Shown here piece by piece: positions 19,760 to 31,862 of a stretch of DNA of 64,000 bases. The notes under the pieces were generated by a model that ran no database searches, was not told the DNA's origin, and saw only the letters and a program-made list of their open reading frames with translations. The translations under genes were made by a program, and so were the position numbers. Source of the stretch: an uncultured Alphaproteobacteria bacterium (lineage in GTDB: Bacteria > Pseudomonadota > Alphaproteobacteria > Micropepsales > Micropepsaceae); contig CAVPTF010000014.1 of NCBI GenBank assembly GCA_963708555.1, positions 33,123-97,122 of the forward strand, given 5' to 3'. Positions within the stretch are counted from its first letter, which is position 1; each line of letters begins with the position of its first letter.

Positions 19760-21007
19760 CTAACTGCTGACCTGCTCCGGTCCGCGCGGGTCGAGCGGCA
19801 ATGCCGCGGGCGAGCCTTGCGGCGCGGGCGTGAACGCGTCGCGGCTTTCTGCCGGCGCGGGTTCGCGAACACGCATGCGCGTGAACGTGTAGAACGCCAT
19901 CGCGGCGTGCGAGAGCGCGGTGAAAAGGAACAGCGCGCTTGGGCCCGCAGCGGCCATCACGAACGCGGCCAGGATCGGTCCCGGGATCGAGGTCGCCGCA
20001 TTGATCATCAACAGCCCCGCTGAGACCTCGACGAATTCCGCGCGCGGCAACCGGTCGTTCGCGTGCGCCACGGACAGCGAGTACAGCGGGAGCGCCACGG
20101 CGCCGAAGACGAACACGATGAAATAGAACAAGGCGGGCACGCTCACGAGAAATTGCCCGAACGCGCCGAGCACGAGGCCACAGCCTGCGGCGGCCGCACA
20201 GGTCGTGGCGATGATCCAGCGTCTGTCCATGCCGTCGGAGAGCCGGCCGAGCGGCCACTGCACGATGGCGCCCCCCGCGATGAACACGCTCATGAACAGC
20301 ACGATCTCGCGTGTGGTGAACCCGAGCGACTGGGCATAAAGCGGCGCGAGCATCCAGTATGCGCCGTTGGCGAGCCCCACGGTCAGGCATCCCGCCGCGC
20401 CCACGGGGGCAATCCTGAAGATGCGCTCGAGGTTGAGCCGGGGCACCTGGGGCGGTTGCGGTGCGGGCAGGCGCGTGAGACCGATCGGCACCAAACAAAC
20501 GCAGTACAGGATCGCGGCGATGCTGAAGAGCTCGAAGGATGTCGGCAGGCCCAGGAGCAGCATCCACTGGCCGATCAGAAGCGCGCCGAAATTGGCGCCG
20601 ATATAGATCGCGAGGATGCGGCCGCGGGTTTCGTTGGTGGCCCGGTCGTTCAGCCAGCTTTCGATCGCCATGAACATCACGGCTGTGCACACGCCCGTCA
20701 GTCCGCGCAGCACCGCCCATGAGGTCTGCGTCGCCCAGATCGGCATCAGCATGACGGAGGCGGCAATCAGCGCGGACGCGACCGCAAACGAGCGGATATG
20801 TCCCACCCGCGACAAGAGCTGAGGACCGCCGTAACAGCCGGCGACGAAGCCCGCGAAATACCAGGCGCCCAGCGCGCCGACCGAGATGCTGGAGAATCCT
20901 TCGAGACTGGCGCGCAGCGGAATCAGCGTTCCGACCAGCCCGTTTCCCATCAGGAAAATGACGGTCGAAAATAGAAGGGCCGTGATGCCGCGTAGCTGGG
21001 ATTGCAT
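19760..21007 (-). CDS. MFS transporter
   Basis: 415-aa protein with about 12 hydrophobic segments, including MQSQLRGITALLFSTVIFLMGNGLVGTLIPLRA... and a GRLSDGMDRR loop motif. Confidence 0.8.
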   Translation of the reverse strand: MQSQLRGITALLFSTVIFLMGNGLVGTLIPLRASLEGFSSISVGALGAWYFAGFVAGCYGGPQLLSRVGHIRSFAVASALIAASVMLMPIWATQTSWAVLRGLTGVCTAVMFMAIESWLNDRATNETRGRILAIYIGANFGALLIGQWMLLLGLPTSFELFSIAAILYCVCLVPIGLTRLPAPQPPQVPRLNLERIFRIAPVGAAGCLTVGLANGAYWMLAPLYAQSLGFTTREIVLFMSVFIAGGAIVQWPLGRLSDGMDRRWIIATTCAAAAGCGLVLGAFGQFLVSVPALFYFIVFVFGAVALPLYSLSVAHANDRLPRAEFVEVSAGLLMINAATSIPGPILAAFVMAAAGPSALFLFTALSHAAMAFYTFTRMRVREPAPAESRDAFTPAPQGSPAALPLDPRGPEQVSS

Positions 21008-21425
21008 GACCGGACCTTGAGGGCGGGCGCTCTAGCCTGTTCTCTTCAGCAAGTCAAAACGCCGAATCGGACGCGATCATGACCGCTCCGCCTTCCATCG
21101 GCGATGAACGTGCTCTAGGTTTCGCGCCGCTTTTTCAACTGTGATTTGAGGCATGGCGCGTCAAAAATCCCGTAGCGGAAAGACCAAGGCCACGCGCTTG
21201 ACGCGCCGCAAGGCGCCGAAAACGGCCAAGGCCAAAGCACCTCGCAAGGGCGTGAAGCCGAAACGCAAGCCCGCCGCCGCATCGGGCAAGCAGCCCGCGT
21301 TGAAACCCGCCCAAAGGGCGCTTCGCGCCCCCAAGCCGTTGCCGGCGATCCGGCGCGGGTTGCGCCGCCGGCCGGTGGCGCCGCAGCCGCGCCTGGCGCC
21401 GGGACGCGCGGCATCCGCAAAGCGG

Positions 21426-23058
21426 ATGGTCACGGCCTACGACACTGATCTCGACCGGACGCCCGCCAATTTCCAGCCACTGACGCCGCTGAGCTTCCTT
21501 GCGCGCACCGCGTCTGCGCATCCCGATCTCGTCGCCATCATCCACGGCAAGAGCCGCGTCACCTATGCCGAGTTCTACGCGCGGTCGCGCCGGCTGGCCT
21601 CGGCGCTGGCAAACGAGGGGATCGGTCGCGGCGACACCGTCTCCGTCCTGCTCGCCAACACACCGCCGATGCTCGAAGCCCATCATGGGGTGCCCATGAC
21701 GGGAGGCGTGTTGAACGCGCTCAACACGCGCCTCGATGCGGCATCGATCGCTTTCATGCTCGATCACGCCGAGGCGAAAATCTTCATCGTCGATCTCGAA
21801 TTCGCCAAGACCGCGCAAGCCGCGCTCGCGCTCGCGAAGGTCAAGCCGCTGCTCGTGGTCTATGAGCGATCCCGAGTTTCCGCAGAGCGGCGCGCTCGAA
21901 GGCGCAATCGACTACGAAGACTTCGTGGCCGGTGGCGATCCGCATTTCGCGTGGTCGATGCCGCGCGACGAATGGGACGCGGTCTCGCTCAATTACACGT
22001 CGGGCACCACCGGCAATCCCAAAGGCGTCGTGTGCCACCACCGCGGCGCGGCGTTGATGGGCTACGCCAACATCCTCGCCTGCCGCATGAGCGAACGCCC
22101 CGTCTACCTCTGGACGTTGCCGATGTTCCATTGCAACGGCTGGTGCTTCCCCTGGACGCTCGCACTGCTGGCGGGCACGCATGTGTGCCTGCGCTGGGTT
22201 CGCGCGAAAGAGATGTACGCCGCCATTGCCGAGCACAAGGTGACGCATCTCTGCGGCGCGCCGACCGTGATGGCGGCGCTGCTCAACGCGAAACCGGAGG
22301 AGCGCCGCACCTTCGATCACAAGGTCAATTTCGTCCATGCCGCGGCCCCGCCGCCGGAAGCGATCCTGATGGCGATGCTCAAATCGGGTTTCGATCTGAC
22401 CCATGTCTATGGGCTGACGGAGACCTATGGTCCCGCGACCGTGAATGAATGGCACGAGGAATGGAACGCGCTGTCACAATCGGAGCAGGGTGCGAAGCGC
22501 ATCCGCCAGGGCGTGCCCTATCCTGCGCTCGAAGGTTTGACCGTGCTCGATCCGGCGACCATGGAGCCCGTGCCGGCCGACGGGAAGACGCTGGGCGAGG
22601 TCATGTTCCGCGGCAACATCGTGATGAAGGGCTACCTGAAGAATCCCAAGGCAACGCGCGAGTCGCTCGCAGGCGGCTGGTTTCATTCGGGCGACCTCGG
22701 CGTGCTTCACCCCGACGGCTATATCCAGCTCAAGGACCGCTCCAAGGACATCATCATCTCAGGCGGCGAGAACATCTCCTCCATCGAAGTGGAGGACGTG
22801 CTCTACCGGCATCCGGCCGTCATGTTCGCCGCGGTTGTCGCGAAGCCGGATGAAAAGTGGGGCGAGACGCCGTGCGCCTTCGTCGAAAAGAAGCCGGGCA
22901 ACGAGTTCGTCAGCGAGGCCGATTTGGTCGCGTATTGCCGCGAGAACCTCGCGCATTTCAAATGCCCGAAAATCGTGATCTTCGGCGAATTGCCGAAGAC
23001 GACGACAGGCAAAATCCAGAAGTTCAGGCTGCGCGAGCAGGCGAAGACACTCGCCTGA
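21426..23058 (+). pseudogene. AMP-forming acyl-CoA synthetase, one +1 frame change
   Basis: MVTAYDTDLDRTPANFQPLTPLSFLARTA...; AMP-binding motifs YTSGTTGNPKGV, YGLTETYG, GWFHSGDLG and PKTTTGKIQK. The frame changes near 21862 (LLVV | MSDPEFPQSG). An in-frame basic 91-codon extension reaches ATG 21153 (see findings). Confidence 0.8.
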
Positions 23059-23103
23059 CGCGATCCCTTTCCCAAACCTCGCAACGACGCGGATAGCGGG
23101 AGC

Positions 23104-23322
23104 TTAGTGCTCCTGCATTCGCAATCGTTCGAGTTCGTCCTTCAAGCGGAGCTTTTCTTTTTTGAGCTCGGCGATGCGCACTTCGTCCCAACCGCTATGC
23201 GCCATCTCCGCGTCAATCTGCTCCTGCAACTTCCGATGTTTATCCGCGAGTTCCCTGATGTGACCCTCTACGGCCATCGCTTCAACCTCACTGTTCAAGG
23301 ACGCACAAATTAGATCACTCAT
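23104..23322 (-). CDS. DUF465 (YdcH-like) small coiled-coil protein
   Basis: ...HIRELADKHRKLQEQIDAEMAHSGWDEVRIAELKKEKLRLKDELERLRMQEH. The start is uncertain (ATG 23322 or a downstream Met). Confidence 0.65.
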   Translation of the reverse strand: MSDLICASLNSEVEAMAVEGHIRELADKHRKLQEQIDAEMAHSGWDEVRIAELKKEKLRLKDELERLRMQEH

Positions 23323-23471
23323 CGCGTCCGTTGTCACCCCCTTCCAGTTGGTGATGGAGTCCGGCGCGCGCAAGCCCATCGTTTGGCGAGAGATTTTCAA
23401 GGCGCTTGGCGAAGTGTTACGGGCATCTTAAAAACGTAACGCGGCGGCCGTTGGGGCCACGGGCCGATGCG

Positions 23472-23678
23472 ATGACGGACGAAGAAGAACAGGCATTGCG
23501 CGCCAAGTTGGCGCAGCTCCGGCAAGAGCACGGCGATCTCGATGCCGCGATTTCAGCCATGACGGAATCGCCCAACTGCGATCAGCTGCAATTGACAAGG
23601 CTCAAGAAGCGCAAGCTTCAGCTCAAGGATCAGATTGCGCGGATCGAGGACAGCCTGCTTCCCGATATCACCGCGTAA
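23472..23678 (+). CDS. DUF465 (YdcH-like) small coiled-coil protein
   Basis: MTDEEEQALRAKLAQLRQEHGDLDAAISAM...LQLTRLKKRKLQLKDQIARIEDSLLPDITA. It is divergent from the other DUF465 gene. Confidence 0.7.
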   Translation: MTDEEEQALRAKLAQLRQEHGDLDAAISAMTESPNCDQLQLTRLKKRKLQLKDQIARIEDSLLPDITA

Positions 23679-23702
23679 CGAAGTCTTAGCGTAACAAAGA
23701 CC

Positions 23703-24425
23703 TTAAGTCTGAGAGCGCTTCTGCGCGTACATCGCGCGATCGGCTTGTTGCATTGCACTATCGGGCGTCTCGCCCGCGCGCAGCTCATAGATGCCGTAGG
23801 AGAACGACAGAGGTACGGCCTTGCCGTCGATCATCGCGGGGTGATCGTCGAGCGCCTTCACCAGGCTCTCGCCCTTCTTCGTCGCCTGGTCCGCGGTGAC
23901 ATGGGCGAGGATTACGCCGAACTCATCGCCGCCGATGCGTGCGAAGACATCGGACTCGCGGATCTGGCCGAGGATCACATTGGAGATATGACGCAGGACC
24001 TCATCGCCGGCCGCATGACCGTGCGCATCGTTCACGGCCTTGAAGTTGTTGAGATCGATATAGATCAGGCTGGACGATGTCTTGTAGCGATCGGCGAACG
24101 AGGTGAAGCGCGTGATCTCCCGCACGAAGGCGCGCCGATTGAGGATCGGCAGCAGCATGTCCTCGTCCGCGGCGCGCGCCATGTCCTCGAGCTTCGCGCG
24201 GGCCTGCTCGACCTCCTTCCGCAACCGGTCGACCTCGTGCATCAGGGTCATGATCGCGTCGCGCACGCGGGGCGTGAACTCGGCCTCGGGTATGCCCAAG
24301 ACGGACGCGGATACCGGAGCCGACCCGGGGGCCGCCCCGGCGGGTTCGCTCGCGCCGGTCTTGGCGTAGCCGCTCTTGGCCACGCGCTCGGTCCGGCCCG
24401 GTCGGTTCGTCTTATCGATCTCCAT
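23703..24425 (-). CDS. GGDEF-domain diguanylate cyclase with N-terminal coiled coil
   Basis: ...LNNFKAVNDAHGHAAGDEVLRHIS...FARIGGDEFGVILA... carries an intact GGDEF active-site motif. Confidence 0.85.
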   Translation of the reverse strand: MEIDKTNRPGRTERVAKSGYAKTGASEPAGAAPGSAPVSASVLGIPEAEFTPRVRDAIMTLMHEVDRLRKEVEQARAKLEDMARAADEDMLLPILNRRAFVREITRFTSFADRYKTSSSLIYIDLNNFKAVNDAHGHAAGDEVLRHISNVILGQIRESDVFARIGGDEFGVILAHVTADQATKKGESLVKALDDHPAMIDGKAVPLSFSYGIYELRAGETPDSAMQQADRAMYAQKRSQT

Positions 24426-24609
24426 GGAGGCCCGTTCGAGCGATCCTTGCAGGTTCGCGACTCATTGTCCCCTTCCGGCCAAATTCGCACCAAATCGCGG
24501 CCGCGCAAAGCATTCCGGCTTTCCTCTGGGCCGCGCGTCCCTATAATCCGCCGCTTCCCTTTGTCGCTCCTTCAAAAGGCGCGGATCCCACGCGAAGCTT
24601 GCCACCTTC

Positions 24610-25130
24610 ATGCCAGCCAAGACATCAGCCCCTCTCATCGGAATCATCATGGGAAGCAAGTCCGACTGGCCCACTTTGAAACACGCGGCCGATGTGCTGG
24701 ACGAGCTGGGTGTCCGCTATGAGGCACGCGTGGTGTCCGCTCACCGGACGCCCGAGCGGCTCTATGAGTACGCCAGGACGGCGAAGACGCGCGGGCTCAA
24801 GGCCATCATCGCCGGCGCCGGCGGTGCGGCTCACCTGCCGGGCATGACGGCATCGATGACCGCGCTTCCCGTGTTGGGCGTGCCCGTCGAGAGCCGCGCG
24901 CTCAAAGGGCTCGACAGCCTCTTGTCGATCGCGCAGATGCCGGGCGGCGTGCCGGTGGCCACCTTTGCGATCGGCGAATCGGGCGCCAAGAACGCCGGTC
25001 TGTTCGCGGCGGCTTTGCTCGCTCTCGAAGACGCTGCCGTCGAGCGCCGTCTCAACTCGTGGCGCGCGCGCCAGACGCGATCGGTCGCGCTCAAGCCCGA
25101 CGGCGCCCCGAAGAAGCGACGCGCAAAACC

Positions 25131-25134
<4 letters not shown>
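24610..25134 (+). CDS. purE: 5-(carboxyamino)imidazole ribonucleotide mutase
   Basis: [26 protein letters not shown]...SAHRTPERL...[12 protein letters not shown]... Confidence 0.95.
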
Positions 25135-26257
<1,123 letters not shown>

Positions 26258-26258
26258 G

Positions 26259-26890
26259 CTACGGGCGTCCGCCGCCGCTGCCGAAAATGCCGAGCGGGTC
26301 GGGAAGCTTTGCCATCCACTCGCGCGCCTGGCCCCGCGGAATTTCTCGATCTGCATCACGTCGTCGATGCGGCTTTCGAGAAACGCCCAGGTGTCGGCGT
26401 GGCCTTCGCTCGAATCGGACAGAAAATGGATCAGCGTCGCGCCGTACACGCCGCCCAGAAGCGCGCGCTTGGTGTAGTAGGAGAAATCGCTCGAACGATC
26501 GCCGGCCGCGCGCCACATCAGATCGACGGTGCGAAGACCGAGGCTCGCCGCGAGCGGCGCGTTCTGCGGGAGGGCGAGGAACGCCGCCGCCCGGCGCGCG
26601 ACATCCTTGTAGGGCACAAGCACCTCGAGCCGCGCCTTCACGGCCTGGGCCACGCGCTCGCGCGTGCGCTCGTGGTGAGTCTCGCGCATGCGCTCGGCCA
26701 TGCGTTCATCGGCCCAGTGCGAGAACGCCTCGACCAGCGACGCGCCCCCGTTCGGGAACGCGGCCTTCAATTCGGCTTGATTGATGCCGGCCTTTTCGGC
26801 CGCCGCCTTCAGCGCTGCATCGGAAAAACCGTGCACGGCGACTTCGGCGAGCGCGAGCGGCAAGATCGTGTCGCGCACCCCGGTCGTCAT
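26259..26890 (-). pseudogene. COQ9-like / RpsU-divergently transcribed protein, one frame change near the 3' end
   Basis: MTTGVRDTILPLALAEVAVHGFSDAALKAAAEKAG...GGVYGATLIHFLSDSSEGHADTWAFLESRIDDVMQIEKFRG, then QAREWMAKLPDPLGIFGSGGGRP* in the next frame (change near 26333). It belongs to the family classically found near rpsU, which lies at 28025. Confidence 0.65.
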
Positions 26891-27456
26891 GCGTCCGCGT
26901 CCTCGAGCTCACGCTTCTCCAGCCAGTGCTGGATCTCGCTCTCGAACAGCAGCTTCTTCATGTCCTTCATCCGCTGCGGATAGAGGGTGCCGTCCAGGTG
27001 GTCGCATTCGTGTTGGACCACGCGGGCATGGAAGCCCTTGGCCGCCCGCACGATGCGCCGGCCGTCGGTGTCATAGCCGGTGTAGCGGATGTGGTTCGCC
27101 CGCTCGACCCAGCCCCGCAGGCCCGGAACCGAGAGGCAGCCTTCCCACCCGCCCTCCGTCGTCGGATCGACCACCTCGATCACCGGATTGATCAGCACAG
27201 TCAAAGGCGCTGTGTGGTCGAAGGTCTCGTTCTCGTCGAGCCCGCCTTTGCTCCGCTGACCGGGCGCCTGGAACACCACGACCCGCAAGGGGACATGCAC
27301 TTGGGGCGCGGCGAGACCCGCGCCCTGGGCGTCCTCCATGGTCTCGATCATGTCGGCGACCAGGCGCTTGATCTCGGGCGCGGTCGGGTCTTTCACGGGC
27401 GCCGCGACGCGCGACAGGATGGGATGGCCCATGCGGGCGATTTTCAGGATGGCCAT
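26887..27456 (-). CDS. def: peptide deformylase
   Basis: Motifs GAGLAAPQ, EGCLSVPG and QHECDHLDG. The 4-nt overlap with the downstream gene start suggests an operon. Confidence 0.9.
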   Translation of the reverse strand: MAILKIARMGHPILSRVAAPVKDPTAPEIKRLVADMIETMEDAQGAGLAAPQVHVPLRVVVFQAPGQRSKGGLDENETFDHTAPLTVLINPVIEVVDPTTEGGWEGCLSVPGLRGWVERANHIRYTGYDTDGRRIVRAAKGFHARVVQHECDHLDGTLYPQRMKDMKKLLFESEIQHWLEKRELEDADA

Positions 27457-27471
27457 GGGCGAAATATGGTC

Positions 27472-27873
27472 CTAGAGGCCCAGCGCGGCAATGCCGGCGG
27501 ACGCGACCTGTTCGTCCTCGTGGCTCTGGACCCCCGAGACGCCCACCGCGCCGATCACCTCGCCCTGATGGACGATCTGAAGCCCACCCTGGACCGCTAA
27601 GGCGTCGGGGAAGTTCACCATGCCGGGACGCTGTTTCACGGTGTCCTCCCAGACCTTGCCCGACCGGTGGGTCACCGCCGCGGAGCGGGCTTTGAGGGTC
27701 GCGATCTCGGCGGTCTGCGGCCGGGCGCCATCCATGCGCTCGAGCAGGATCAGGCGCCCCGCGTCGTCGACCACGGCGATCGTCACATTCCACTTCTGCT
27801 TCTCGGCCTCGACCTTGGCTGCTGCGAGCATTTTTTGTGCATCCGCGAGCGTCAGGGCGGATTTGGTGCGCAT
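27472..27873 (-). CDS. GlcG/HbpS-family (DUF336) haem-binding protein
   Basis: ...[39 protein letters not shown]...[19 protein letters not shown]... Confidence 0.75.
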   Translation of the reverse strand: MRTKSALTLADAQKMLAAAKVEAEKQKWNVTIAVVDDAGRLILLERMDGARPQTAEIATLKARSAAVTHRSGKVWEDTVKQRPGMVNFPDALAVQGGLQIVHQGEVIGAVGVSGVQSHEDEQVASAGIAALGL

Positions 27874-28024
27874 GTCATTGCCTCCTCAGAATACTTTTCC
27901 GGCGGTTCCGCGTTCTCTGTTGGCGCTTGCGTCACTTTTCGTCAACCGTTTCCACTCGTATGGTGGACACGATATTACCGTTCTGATAGGAACGCCGCTC
28001 TCGAAACCCGATAAGGAGCCTCGC

Positions 28025-28237
28025 TTGCAGATCATCGTTCGCGACAACAACATCGACCAGGCGCTCAAAGCGCTGAAGAAAAAGATGCAAAGGGAAGGCA
28101 TCTTCCGCGAGATGAAGCTCAGAGGCCACTACGAGAAACCATCCGAGAAGCGTGCACGCGAGCGCGCGGAAGCCATCCGCCGCTATCGCAAACTGCAGCG
28201 CAAGCGCATGCAGCGCGAAGGCTTGCTGCCGAAATAG
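28025..28237 (+). CDS. rpsU: 30S ribosomal protein S21
   Basis: TTG start 6 nt after an AAGGAG RBS. (M)[45 protein letters not shown]... Confidence 0.9.
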   Translation: MQIIVRDNNIDQALKALKKKMQREGIFREMKLRGHYEKPSEKRARERAEAIRRYRKLQRKRMQREGLLPK

Positions 28238-28271
28238 CTCCACGTCTCGTGGGAGTATCGCACGAAGGCCG

Positions 28272-29243
28272 CTACTCAGCGGCCTTTGTCGTTTGAGGCG
28301 TATGCCACTTGAGGCGGGCGCATTCCTCGCACACGGCCACTTCGATGGTGACGTGCGAAAGCCCCGTGTGACGGGTGCGAAGGACGTTCTTGATCTCGTC
28401 CGCCGTGCACGGTGCGGCGCTGACCAGCGAAACGATCAGGCCGCGATGCCCGGGGCCGAGCCGCCAGAGATGGAGATCGGCCACCTGAAGGCCAAGCTCC
28501 TGCTCCAGGGTCTTGCGGATATCGCCGCGCGAGCTCCGGATGGTCTTCGACGTCGAGCAGCACGAGACCCGTCTGCCGAAGCAGGTCGCACCGCCCAGCG
28601 CGAGATGACGATCGCGCCCAGGATGCCGACCAGCGGATCGAGTGCGCTCCAGCCGAACACGGCGCCGAGACCAAGCGCGGCAAGAGCAAGCAACGAGGTC
28701 GCCGCGTCCGCCAGCACATGCACATAGGCGGCGCGCAGATTGTGGTCGTGATGATGGCCGGCATCGTCTTCGTGCGTCGTGATCGTGGTCGTCGTGCAGC
28801 ATCACGGCGCTGACGATGTTCACGCCGAGACCGAGCGCCGCGACGATCATCGCTTCGAGATACTGGATCGGAACCGGTTGATAGAGGCGCATCACCGATT
28901 CGACGCCGACACCGATCGCGATGACGCCGAGGATGAGCGCGCTCGCGAACCCCGCGAGGTCGCCGAACTTGCCGGAGCCGAAGGTGAAGTAGCGGTTCTT
29001 CGCGTGACGCCGCGCCATCCAATAGGCCCACGCGGCAAGCCCGAGCGCGCCCACATGCGTCGCCATGTGCACGCCGTCGGCCAAAAGCGCCATCGAGCCG
29101 AAGACGAGGCCTGCGATGATCTCGACCACCATGAACGCGGCCGTGAGATAGACCACGAAACGCGTCCGCGATTCGGCGCGGCCATGGTGCTCGCCGAGAT
29201 AGACGTGGTCGTGGGTCCAGGCGTGGTTGTGACTGTCGTTCAT
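28272..29243 (-). pseudogene. dmeF: cation diffusion facilitator, DmeF-type Co/Ni efflux transporter, three frame changes
   Basis: MNDSHNHAWTHDHVYLGEHHGRAESRTRFVVYLTAAFMVVEIIAGLVFGSMALLADGVHMATH.... A His-rich loop HDDHDHD/HEDDAGHHHDHNLRAAYVHVLADAATSLLAL is followed by GLLRQTGLVLLDVEDHPELAR and then DIRKTLEQELG...HVTIEV. Frame changes are near 28772, 28597 and 28525. Confidence 0.75.
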
Positions 29244-29290
29244 GAGTCTCAAGAATATAGGACGCGGCACCGCCGCGCGCCAATCAACCT

Positions 29291-29782
29291 TCAGACGCGC
29301 CGCTCATGGCGCACGACGAAGTGTTCCCCGACCTGGATCGGCGCGGAATCCACGCGGCTGTAGCCCGCGCTCGCATAGAGCGCGAGCAGCTTCGCGCGGG
29401 GTTCGCAGTCGAGCCGGAGGAACGGCCGGCCTTTGCTGCGCGCCTCGCTGACGGCCCAGTCGAGCATGGCATGGGCGTAGCCGCGGCCGGCAAATTCCCG
29501 CGCGACCGCGAGCCGATGAATGTAGAACGCTTCGCCGGGCGACACTTGCGGCCAGAACAGGCGGTCCTCGTCGTGCAGGTACATGCAGGTGGCGAGCTCG
29601 CCCGCCACGCGGCCCACGATCAGCTCGCCCGCCTGCGTCACGCGCATGAGCTCATCGAGCGATGTCTCGTTGGGACCCCACAGCTTCTCGCCCTTCTTGA
29701 TCAGCCAGTCCGCCGTGGCCCGGATCAGCCTGTCGGTCTCGGGCACGTCGTCGAGCGAGCCGCGCGCGATCAGAAGCGTCAT
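29291..29782 (-). CDS. GNAT-family N-acetyltransferase
   Basis: MTLLIARGSLDD...YIHRLAVAREFAGRGYAHAMLDWAV.... Its ATG overlaps the stop of the upstream GNAT gene (ATGA). Confidence 0.75.
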   Translation of the reverse strand: MTLLIARGSLDDVPETDRLIRATADWLIKKGEKLWGPNETSLDELMRVTQAGELIVGRVAGELATCMYLHDEDRLFWPQVSPGEAFYIHRLAVAREFAGRGYAHAMLDWAVSEARSKGRPFLRLDCEPRAKLLALYASAGYSRVDSAPIQVGEHFVVRHERRV

Positions 29783-30276
29783 CTGAGATATTTCCGCAGC
29801 AAGGTCGCATAATCGGCAAAGCCAGCGCCGCGATAGACCGCGTGCGCCCTCGGGTTGCGTACGAGCACGCCGATCATCATCACTTTGAGCCCACGCTCTC
29901 GGCCCCAATCCTCGCACGCCGCGATCAACGCTCGTCCGACGCCTTGGCCGCGCATGTCTTCGGCGACATACAGCTCGGCGATGTAGCCGTATACCCGCTC
30001 ATCGGCGTGAACGTAGACTTCGTTCTCGTCTTCATGGACGGCTGCCCAGCCGACTGGCGTCCCTTGAGCGCTCTCGGCGATGAGGATGCGGCCGTTTCCC
30101 TTGCCGACTCTCTCGGTGATGGCGGGATAGAATTCTTCGGCAATGGCAGGATCGACGCGACGGTTCGGCTCGATCGCTCTCTCGAAATACTGCATGCCCA
30201 TGATGAAGCCGAGCAGCGCCGGTTTGTCCTCGGGCAGCCGCGCCGGGCGAATGCGATAAGACCCTGTCGGCGACAT
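29779..30276 (-). CDS. GNAT-family N-acetyltransferase
   Basis: MSPTGSYRIRPARLPEDKPALLGF...IAELYVAEDMRGQGVGRALIAACEDWGRERG.... It starts 2 nt after the mmsA stop and is part of chimeric track ORF 29779..31800. Confidence 0.75.
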   Translation of the reverse strand: MSPTGSYRIRPARLPEDKPALLGFIMGMQYFERAIEPNRRVDPAIAEEFYPAITERVGKGNGRILIAESAQGTPVGWAAVHEDENEVYVHADERVYGYIAELYVAEDMRGQGVGRALIAACEDWGRERGLKVMMIGVLVRNPRAHAVYRGAGFADYATLLRKYLR

Positions 30277-30278
30277 GC

Positions 30279-31773
30279 CTAACGCATCGTCGGCATGACG
30301 AAGCTCGTATCGCGCAAGCCCTTCGGCCAGCGCGCGGTGATCGTCTTCACCTTCGTATAGAAGCGCACGCCGTCGGGGCCATGCTGGTTCATGTCGCCGA
30401 ATGCAGAGCGTTTCCAGCCGCCGAAGCTGTAATAGGCGAGCGGCACGGGGATCGGCACGTTGATGCCGACCATGCCGACATCGACGCGCGAGGCAAGCTC
30501 GCGCGCGGCATCGCCGTCGCGCGTGAAGATGGCGACACCGTTGCCGTATTGGTGCTTCGAGGGCATGGCGAGCGCTTCCTCGAAATCCTTCGCGCGCGCG
30601 ATCTGCAGCACGGGGCCGAAGATCTCCTCCTGATAGGATTTCATCTCCGGTCGTCACGCGGTCGAACAGCGAGCCGCCGAGATAGAAGCCGTTCTCGTAG
30701 CCCTGCATCTTGAAGCCGCGGCCGTCGACCACGAGCTCGGCGCCTTCCTTGACGCCCATATCGATGTAATCGAGCACGCGGCTCCTGTGCGCGGCCGTGA
30801 CGAGCGGGCCATAGTGGGCATCGGGATCGGTCGGCAGGCCGACCTTCAGCGACTCCACGCGCGGCTTCAGCTTGCTCACCAACGCCTGCGCGGTCTTCTC
30901 GGTCACGGGCACGACGACGGAGATCGCCATGCAGCGCTCGCCGGCGGAGCCGAAGCCCGCGCCCATCACCTCGTTCACCGCCTGATCGAGATCGGCGTCG
31001 GGCATGATGATCGCGTGGTTCTTGGCGCCGCCCATCGCCTGGACGCGTTTTCCGGCGGCCGCGCCCTTCGCATAGACATACTCGGCGACCGACGACGAGC
31101 CGACAAAGCTCACGGCGTGGATGTCCGGGTGATCGAGGATCGCATCGACGGTTTCCTTGTCGCCGTTCACCACTTGCAAGACGCCCTGCGGCGCGCCGGC
31201 CTCTTGCATCAGCTCGGCCAAACGCCGCGGCACGCTCGGCGCCCTCTCGCTCGGCTTCAAGATGAAGCAATTGCCGCACGCGATCGCGACGCCGAACATC
31301 CACATCGGGATCATCGCGGGAAAATTGAACGGCGTGATGCCGGCGACGACGCCCAAGGGCTGGCGCAGCGAATAGACGTCGATGCCGGGGCCCGCGCCCG
31401 GCGTGAACTCGCCCTTGGTCAGATGCGGAATGCCGCAGGCGAATTCGATCACCTCCAGCCCGCGCTGGATGTCGCCCTTGGAATCGGCGATGACCTTGCC
31501 GTGCTCGCTCGACAGCGTCTGCGCGAGCTGTTCCATGTTCTTCTCGATCAGCGATTTGAAATTGAACATGACGCGCGCGCGGCGCTGCGGGTTGAGCCCC
31601 GACCATTCGGGGAATGCGCGCTGCGCCGCCTTGACGGCGACGTCCAGCTCGTCGCGCGATGCGAACGGCACCTTGGCTTGCACTTCGCCGGTCGCGGGAT
31701 TGAACACGTCGCCGAACCGGCCGCTCTCGCCGGGCACATGCCATCCGCCGATGAAGTGGGTGAGCTCTTTCAT
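30279..31773 (-). pseudogene. mmsA: CoA-acylating methylmalonate-semialdehyde dehydrogenase, one frame change
   Basis: MKELTHFIGGWHVPGESGRFGDVFNPATGEV...FPAMIPMWMF...ILKPSERAPS...GGAKNH...GERCMA...; then MKSYQEEIFGPVLQI...INVPIPVPLAYYSFGGWKRSAFGD...FVMPTMR* in the next frame (change near 30650). Confidence 0.85.
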
Positions 31774-31862
31774 GACGATCCCGCCGAAATCTCGAGCCAC
31801 AGCATAGCGCGGGATGAGGCCGCGCTAAACTCGCTCAAATCGCAACGATTTGGAAACCGTCC

